Assembly: GCA_964016885.1 (NCBI GenBank)
Contig: OZ024740.1
Coordinates: 220,906,001 to 220,970,000, forward strand
Direction: 5' to 3'
Origin: Eledone cirrhosa
Taxonomy: Eukaryota
Length of the DNA stretch: 64,000 nt
This document shows, one piece after another, positions 60,601 to 64,000 of the stretch. Below the pieces are notes generated by a model that was given only the letters and a program-made list of their open reading frames with translations, ran no database searches and was not told where the DNA came from. The position numbers were made by a program, and so were the translations under genes. Position 1 is the stretch's first letter. Each line of letters starts with the position of its first letter.

Positions 60601-62449
60601 GTCATAAGGAAGATACAGAATTGAAGCAGTTAATGCTTGATCATGGATGAATTTAGTAGTAGTAGTAATACAGCAAATCTTGTAGGTTCAGTGATAAATG
60701 GTAACTGGAGCAGAGGATGGCTGACTGAATACACACGTGCTTTTTCTAAAAAAAAAAAAAGGAAGAGTTTTCTTTTCTTTCTTTTCCTCACTCTTTATTT
60801 TTCATTCTATCTTCTGATGAAGGACCAGTGTCCGAAAAGTAAAGACTCTTTTCCTACTATATCAAGTGTTAAACTAATATATTTCTTCATTGTACTGTGT
60901 TGTTTCCATTTACTTTTTGCATAGTTAATATCTAATTAGTTTAGTGCTGGTGCCATGATAAAATGCACCTAGTCCACTCTGTAAAGTGATAGTGCAAGTG
61001 CCATGAATAAAATGCATCCAGTACACCCTGTAAAGTGCTGGTGCTATGAAAAAATGCACCCTGTATACCCCATCATGTGATTGGTGTTAGGAAGGGCATC
61101 CAGTCATAGAAACCAAGGAACACATGAGTGAAATGAGATTGCTGTGACTTGTCTGGTCTTGAACTGTGACAACCTATCCAATCCATGCCAGTGTGGAAAT
61201 CACACATAAAAATGAGGATGATGTCTATATCAAATTTTTCTACCTTTTTATGCAATGCCTTATTTCTCAAATGATTCAAGCAAAGGATATCCAATAATGG
61301 TCAAAGCAATAGCTGACTTATTGTTTGGACAGTTTCACAGTTTAAGTAAAGGGATTCCACACTGTGTTCCTTATTTCAGTTTGATATCTCTAGTTGGGTA
61401 AAATCCAATGAGGAATTGATTAAGACATTTCCAATCACATTATGTGGACTCCAAGCCATTTGAGCAATTTTTGGATGGTTCAATATTTATATCTGATATT
61501 GGTGAGATATTTACCTGACGTTTCTTCCACACATTTCTATGTGGACAGATTCTTTGGAAACATATACAGGAATGGTAGATATTACAAAACATATTTTGAT
61601 CATCTTCATATCTGCTGATATCCACACAATGGATGTCTTTCATCAATCATCTATTTTTATTTATCAGTTTTGTAGGTCACATACCTCCTGACATCAGGTA
61701 GAGCAAGGTCAGCCAACAGGTAAAGATTAATAACCCTTCAATTACCATATGTTTAAAAACAAACACTGCCTATGATTTTTCAAATAATTTTCCAAAATCA
61801 TTTGAAAAATCATAGGCAGTGTTTTTTTGTTTTTAAATTCTGCATCTGAGTAGCACAGAGCCACTGAACTAAGATAAAAGTAGGAAAAGAGGAGTTTGAC
61901 TTAAACGGTATACTCATAAATCAAATGAATTGGGTAAGATAGGATGGAGACGGTTGTTGTTGTTTAGCATCAGGTCAATAAAATATATTCCAAACATGAC
62001 CATTTTTTTGTTTTCTTTTAGTCATAGTGTATCTCAGACTACATTACCCAATGTTATCCTTTTTAAAAAAATGGCAGCGTGTTATACAAAGGAGATTTGG
62101 CTGGTGTTTCTGTCAGGCTGAGCAATCATATAGATGGCTTCTTTGTTGGCTAAAGAGAAAGAGAGCTGATCAGAGAGGTAGACCCATTTGACTGATAAAG
62201 AAATGGAGGTAAAAGCTGCTATATTGATGTATGATGTTGATGATGATAATGAATTATGATGATGATGATGATAATGATGATGATGATGAATTATGATGAT
62301 GATGAATTATGATGATGAACAATATCAAACCTGTTAAACTCTGCAATCCAGCACCGAGAGTTGATAAGAAGGAACCAATTAGAATAACCCATTCATTGGG
62401 CCAGGCTAGGTTAGCTACCACAAGGCCACCATTTATACCTTCACCAAAT
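13647..62449 (-). CDS. kcc: K-Cl cotransporter (KCC, SLC12A4-7 family), 3' part: 16 exons, ~601 aa; 5' exons outside the window
   Basis: Exons read by hand on the minus strand: 62331-62449, 48076-48250, 46397-46495, 44381-44500, 42503-42607, 38741-38829, 37838-37917, 36729-36817, 33170-33276, 25878-25994, 24351-24440, 19231-19322, 17689-17784, 16087-16289, 15792-15925, 13647-13738. All phases are compatible. KCC hallmarks: [97 protein letters not shown]...EVVTIYS*. Confidence 0.96.
13739..15791 (-). other. U12-type GT-AG intron (2053 nt)
   Basis: 5' GTATCCTTTT; branch TTCCTTAAT at 13761-13753. Confidence 0.92.
15178..15352 (+). mobile_element. tRNA-derived SINE (family 1); older copies near 1690, 17170, 23240, 38355, 39160, 39580, 40530, 41400, 47150
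   Basis: Box A/B plus the shared core ctttgcctttcatcctt...gataaaataaagtaccag. Confidence 0.8.
15792..15925 (-). CDS. kcc: KCC exon ([44 protein letters not shown]), ends at a U12 GTATCCTT donor
   Basis: cag / GTATCCTTTT, 134 nt. Confidence 0.95.
16087..16289 (-). CDS. kcc: KCC exon, variable C-terminal linker ([11 protein letters not shown]...KELFQVKP)
   Basis: cag / gttagt, 203 nt; phases fit both neighbours. Confidence 0.85.
16400..17130 (+). mobile_element. Degenerate 3' fragments of a restriction-like-endonuclease LINE (R4/Dong-like)
   Basis: ORF 16858 [36 protein letters not shown] resembles the K..KY..L...RLW....PIVIGALG C-terminal motif. Confidence 0.55.
17689..17784 (-). CDS. kcc: KCC exon ([32 protein letters not shown])
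   Basis: cag / gttagt, 96 nt. Confidence 0.94.
18031..18545 (+). repeat. 48-bp minisatellite, ~10-11 copies, derived from the RTE 3' UTR motif
   Basis: Unit gtgtcacagcaaaaagcacccagtccacactgtaaagtggtggtgtag; same motif at ~53990-54100 and ~60095-60200. Confidence 0.9.
19231..19322 (-). CDS. kcc: KCC exon ([31 protein letters not shown])
   Basis: cag / gtaagg, 92 nt. Confidence 0.94.
21045..22672 (+). pseudogene. 5'-truncated, frameshifted RTE copy (RT to C-terminus) nearly identical to the 57090 element
   Basis: ORF fragments at 21050, 21382, 21516 and 21791 match 58430-60060 with small deletions. Confidence 0.9.
23915..24234. mobile_element. pogo/Tigger-like MITE
   Basis: TA|CAATGGAACCTCAGTTCA...TGAACTGAGGTTCCACTG|TA terminal inverted repeats. 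Confidence 0.75.
24351..24440 (-). CDS. kcc: KCC 90-nt exon ([31 protein letters not shown]) between two U12 introns
   Basis: Preceded by TTTCTCTTAAC branch site; followed by GTATCCTTT donor. Confidence 0.88.
24638..24853. mobile_element. piggyBac-type MITE (~215 bp); other copies at 1394-1609, 43591-43793 and a half copy at 20932-21045
   Basis: TTAA|CCCTTTAG...CTAAAGGG|TTAA termini; conserved internal sequence. Confidence 0.8.
25042..25370 (+). mobile_element. tRNA-derived SINE (family 2); related copies near 35235-35560, 54955-55090, 42165-42320 (-), 45180-45355 (-)
   Basis: Box A TGGCTTAGTGG, box B GTTTGATTC; shared ccttgagcaagacactttatttcac core. Confidence 0.75.
25878..25994 (-). CDS. 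kcc: KCC exon ([39 protein letters not shown]), ends at a U12 ATATCCTT donor
   Basis: tag acceptor; KCC homology stops exactly at ATATCCTTG. Confidence 0.9.
26150..26655. repeat. Degenerate CA-rich simple repeat (Gypsy insertion site)
   Basis: Direct reading; explains the H/T-rich and C/V-rich spurious ORFs. Confidence 0.8.
26661..27082 (+). repeat. 5' LTR
   Basis: TGTAG...CTAAA; direct repeat of 31543-31964. Confidence 0.92.
27405..31103 (+). pseudogene. Gypsy gag-pol, fragmented
   Basis: ORFs at 27405 and 27806 (gag), 28318 (protease C-part), 28764 (RT/RNase H), 29931 and 30636 (integrase). Confidence 0.88.
31543..31964 (+). repeat. 3' LTR
   Basis: About 14 mismatches to the 5' LTR (manual count). 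Confidence 0.92.
33170..33276 (-). CDS. kcc: KCC exon ([35 protein letters not shown])
   Basis: cag / gtaacc, 107 nt; overlaps ORF 32928..33251. Confidence 0.93.
36729..36817 (-). CDS. kcc: KCC exon ([30 protein letters not shown])
   Basis: tag / gtaagt, 89 nt. Confidence 0.9.
37838..37917 (-). CDS. kcc: KCC exon ([26 protein letters not shown])
   Basis: tag / gtaagt, 80 nt. Confidence 0.92.
38741..38829 (-). CDS. kcc: KCC exon ([30 protein letters not shown])
   Basis: tag / gtatgc, 89 nt. Confidence 0.92.
42503..42607 (-). CDS. kcc: KCC exon ([35 protein letters not shown])
   Basis: cag / gtatgc, 105 nt. Confidence 0.95.
44381..44500 (-). CDS. kcc: KCC exon ([40 protein letters not shown])
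   Basis: cag / gtaagt, 120 nt. Confidence 0.93.
46397..46495 (-). CDS. kcc: KCC exon ([33 protein letters not shown])
   Basis: AG / gtaagc, 99 nt. Confidence 0.95.
47415..47617. mobile_element. mariner-like MITE; other copies near 23690-23885, 41820-42010, 47865-48045
   Basis: TIR ggctgaaaagttcata... / ...tatgaacttttcagccgaccctcgta (TACGAGGG-type end). Confidence 0.7.
48076..48250 (-). CDS. kcc: KCC exon ([16 protein letters not shown]...[12 protein letters not shown])
   Basis: AG / gtaagt, 175 nt. Confidence 0.95.
48463..48648 (-). mobile_element. tRNA-derived SINE (family 1) with ~16-bp TSD
   Basis: Box A TGGCAGTATCGG and box B GTTCAAATCC on the minus strand; TSD tctagatgatgataat / tctagatgttgataat. 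Confidence 0.85.
49525..54244 (+). mobile_element. Full-length RTE-clade LINE with duplicated 5' UTR, (GAT)n tail and probable ATACT target-site duplication
   Basis: Single EN-RT ORF; tail at ~54222-54246; ATACT at 49520-49524 and 54245-54249; removing the element restores the right arm of the flanking inverted repeat. Confidence 0.88.
50872..53847 (+). CDS. RTE ORF: AP endonuclease + reverse transcriptase + PHD-type zinc finger (991 aa)
   Basis: QETRW, AYAPQ, GDLNGH, SQHRL (endonuclease); [33 protein letters not shown] (RT); RLRWYGHV...GRP C-terminus. Confidence 0.93.
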   Translation: MLERKEVDVCCIQETRWRGGSARFIEGKKRCYKLFWVGNDDGLGGVGIMVAEKWADKIIDVNRVNDRIIKIRLVLNRTTVTVISAYAPQSGLPGTIKDRFYETLMLTTSQISDSDYIIIAGDLNGHVGQHCDGYDEIHGGYGFGTRNEEGSRILEFCDANNLTICNTNFKKRDNHLITYRSGEHTSQVDYILTRRRDRVSVVNTKSLPHEECTSQHRLIISDLIVRTRRTRQQKRTILRRKIWKLKDPTARNKFQSILLDAFDSKEEHLESDNIEGEWEFLKANLLLATDEVCGWSRPVGRRRVTWWWNSKVEGSIKAKKQAWKVWRDGGSREDYQVARREARRQVYLARREAEERKFKHVLQRDDQKREVFRIARQCVKENRDIVGEKCVLNDDGTLAITDSDKKVAWKCHYERLLNEENNWEKGSLPHIDPIEGPAVLVEGSIISKAIKDMKTGKAAGPSEIVAEMLKASGTVGHTMVTRIVNQVVQNGVVPKDWHSSIIVNCYKGKGDALDRSNYRGIKLIDQVMKVTEKVIAQLIRERIDLDEMQFGFVSGKSTTDALFIVRQLQEKYLAKGKPLYLAFVDLEKAFDRVPRSIIWWALRKLGVDEWLVRAIQAMYKETVSKVRINNEYSEEFSVKVGVHQGSVLSPLLFIIALQAITEEFKTGCPWELLYADDLTLIAESMAELEKKFQTWKHGLESKGLKINLAKTKVLVCRKENKAAVPSGKWSCSVCRKGVGRNSILCPKCKVWVHKRCSGITGKLTKNIDFTCGRCSGAISSSKCPQTTSSFNCAEGSIEIVDSFRYLGDKISSGGGCSESTVARVRTGWKKFRELIPLLAAKGFSLKMKGRLYDACIRTAMLHGSETWALCAEDIRRLERNEACMLRWMCNSNIRERQSINELRKKLEIRGIRCCLLERRLRWYGHVMRMKVDSCITKCRAIKIDGSHGIGRPRKTWDELINSDITHLHLSKTMSLDRDLWRYSVTEKTRLT
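55950..56650 (-). mobile_element. Old RTE 3' fragment (a similar + strand fragment lies at ~19480-19900)
   Basis: [12 protein letters not shown] and RMRWQGHV...GRP motifs. Confidence 0.6.
57090..60358 (+). mobile_element. RTE LINE of a sister family, 5' UTR truncated, (GAT)n tail
   Basis: 962-aa ORF; 3' UTR similar to the 53850-54244 tail; possible TSD GTGAAT at 57084-57089 and 60359-60364. Confidence 0.88.
57172..60060 (+). CDS. RTE ORF (EN with in-frame ~40-aa deletion, RT, PHD finger), 962 aa
   Basis: Same motifs as the 50872 ORF; HGGHG is joined directly to VHSSQLDF. Confidence 0.88.
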   Translation: MKGRAGEIVEMLERKEVDVCCVQETRWRGGSARVLVGKSQCYKFFWVGNDDGMGGVGILLADKWVDKVISVYRVNARIIKLRLVLNKTITTIISAYAPQSGLPDELKDRFYESLIHTTALTDDKDFLIIAGDFNGHVGKHCDGFNRVHGGHGVHSSQLDFILIRGRDRWTVVNTKAFPSEECTSQHSLVVSDLTVRTRRALKQRPTWRRKIWKLKVPSTSNRFKDILLNAYDSKEEQIETFNVEENWEFLKNNLLEATDEVCGWSKTSSRRRVTWWWNNKVDEAVKAKRQAWKEWKNGGSRVHYIETKREARRQVYLARREAEDRKFKHVLQREDQKQEVFKIARQCVRDSCDVIGEKCIRNDKGELALTSAEKKDAWKSHYDRLLNEENAWEEETLPHVDPIEGPAVQVSGSVVSKAIRDMKIGKATGPSGIAAEMLKASGSVGHTITTRIVNQVILEGAIPKDWCSSIIVNCYKGKGDALDRGNYRGIKLMDQVMKVTERVIAQLIRDRVNIDEMQFGFVPGKGTTDALFLVRQLQEKYLAKSKPLYLAFVDLEKAFDRVPRAVIWWALRKLGVDEWLVKAVQAMYRGAVSKVRISNEYSEEFSVQVGVHQGSVLSPLLFIIVLQAITEEFKTGCPWELLYADDLALIAESMVELENKFQTWKQGLERKGLKVNMTKTKVLISRRENRTQIPSGKWPCSVCRKGVGRNSILCPKCKQWVHKRCSGISGSLIKNVGFTCSSCAETASKQPQETSTTNLWEGPVETVDSFCYLGDRISNGGGCSESTITRARTGWKKFRELLPLLAAKGFSLRMKGRLYDACIRTAMLHGSETWALKVEDLRRLERNEACMFRWMCNSNIRERQSIKELRERLSIRGIKCCVQERRLRWYGHVMRMKDDSCIKRCRALEVDGNRGVGRPKMTWDEVIKSDLTQLHLSKSMTHDREFWRHAVIQGTRPPMGTC
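60810..60845 (+). ncRNA. Degenerate minimal hammerhead-ribozyme motif (Penelope-type)
   Basis: tctt-CTGATGA-a-GGAC cagt GTCC-GAAA-ag-TA-aaga; stem I tctt/aaga and stem II GGAC/GTCC. Confidence 0.45.
62331..62449 (-). CDS. kcc: KCC exon ([39 protein letters not shown])
   Basis: AG acceptor, GT donor (gtttga), 119 nt, phase 2/1. Confidence 0.93.
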
Positions 62450-62678
62450 CTATTAAAATAATGGAAGAAAGTATTATTTTTCAGTCTACATGTATATGTA
62501 TTATCACCACCAACATGCCACCCTTAAAACATTAAACATTTCAATACTAAAATTAGCAGTAGGTTAATGTTTTCAACTGTACCTTCTATGATATATTTAT
62601 CTAAAAAAACAGAACTTTCTCCTAAATCTAAACACTAAATGTGCATAGAAAAATTATTAAACACACACATATATATAT

Positions 62679-62682
<4 letters not shown>

Positions 62683-62744
<62 letters not shown>
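62683..62744. repeat. (AG)n microsatellite
   Basis: Direct reading. Confidence 0.9.
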
Positions 62745-62746
<2 letters not shown>

Positions 62747-64000
62747 TGTGGTGCTGAGACAGGGGAGATCACTAATCATGAGTGGGTATAGAGATAGGTA
62801 AAATCTAAACTGTGGTGCTCAGAAACCACTTGGCACCATGATCGGGATTTTACCCCTCTCTCTCTGTATGTTTGCTTCTAATATTCATTATAGTTATATA
62901 TATCAATCTAAACATTCCCAGATAACATCAATGCTACTTGGCATTGCTGGAGGGAGTGATACAGTTATGGGCCTGCCAAAATCATCGAGATCTCCAGTCA
63001 GCTGATGGAAGGAATGTCCCACAGTACAAACTGCATATATAACAATAATAATAATTTCTTTATTGACCACTAGAGCCGAAACAAAGGACAATACAAAAAC
63101 AGAGACAGTGGGGCTTTACATAAAACCTGTCAGAAAAGATAACAGGAAACAACAAAAATTAATAACGATAAAATTATCCAATAGGGGAGAGGGATAATGA
63201 TAAATGGAAGAAATTCAGAAAATAGTACTCATGGGACTGTGAAAAATATTGTCTATGTAACTCCAGAACAATCATTTCACATATTATCAAAAGTACTTTT
63301 AAAATACCTTTTATCGTTATTTTATTGTCATACTATCATTTTACCATCAATCAGTTACTTTTAAACAAGATTATAGTTTTCTTAAGTTTTGACAAACATT
63401 TTTTAGAACAATATTTCTTAGGAACTCAAGACAAACAGTTAAAACACTGAACCATATTCTTCCCCACAAAACATGGCAGTTATCAACCATCCTAGTCATA
63501 ATGTCTTTTACAAACCCAAATCTCTATCACTAAACTACATTCTTCCACCAAAACATGGCAGTTATCAATCATGCTAGTCATAATGTCCACTTGAACTTCT
63601 AACTTGCTGTCTCTTGAGATCTCTGGAGTGAGACCTGGAGTTAGCTTGTACAAACACAAAGCAAAATCTAGACATCATCATAATAATAAACAGATAATGT
63701 CTACATGTATAAAGTAAATAATATACTTCTGTGTAAAGTGTGTGACATGAACAATCTAGTGAGTTTATTTAGTGGCTTATCAATGTATGTAGTGAGTTTC
63801 TCTGCCCTAGGTGTCGGGAAGACACTTGGCAAGAAATGGAAACAAAACTGAAGGAAGACGAAAAACAGAAATAGTAATAATAATATAAGAGACTGAGAAT
63901 ACAAGACTTCCCCTTGTATAGAATGCTAGTATTATCACAAGGTTAACCTTAGCTACAGCTGATACTCATTTTCAGCAGAGTGAGCTGGATTAACCTGAAA

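Noticed and set aside
62903-63091. Possible further upstream KCC exon
   Set aside because: I could not see a match to the expected preceding KCC segment (...EGVVLRDK-like), so the next exon is probably outside the window.

Overview
AT-rich, microsatellite- and transposon-dense eukaryotic DNA; the repeat content suggests a coleoid cephalopod such as Octopus (inference). The ORF track misses the main gene. The 3' 16 exons of a K-Cl cotransporter (KCC, SLC12A4-7 family) lie on the minus strand from 62449 to the stop codon at 13647. They total 1807 nt, splice in frame to about 601 aa and end in ...GREVVTIYS*; the 5' exons lie beyond the window. Three of the 15 introns carry minor-spliceosome (U12) signals. 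Two of them flank a single 90-nt exon, and one of those appears to have non-canonical AT...AT termini. The introns also hold a full-length RTE LINE with an uninterrupted 991-aa ORF, a PHD finger inserted in its RT region and a tandemly duplicated 5' UTR, nested in a long inverted-repeat element. They further contain a second near-complete RTE, a decayed CsRn1-type Gypsy LTR retrotransposon with both LTRs, tRNA-derived SINEs, piggyBac/mariner/pogo MITEs, hairpin arrays and a degenerate minimal hammerhead motif.
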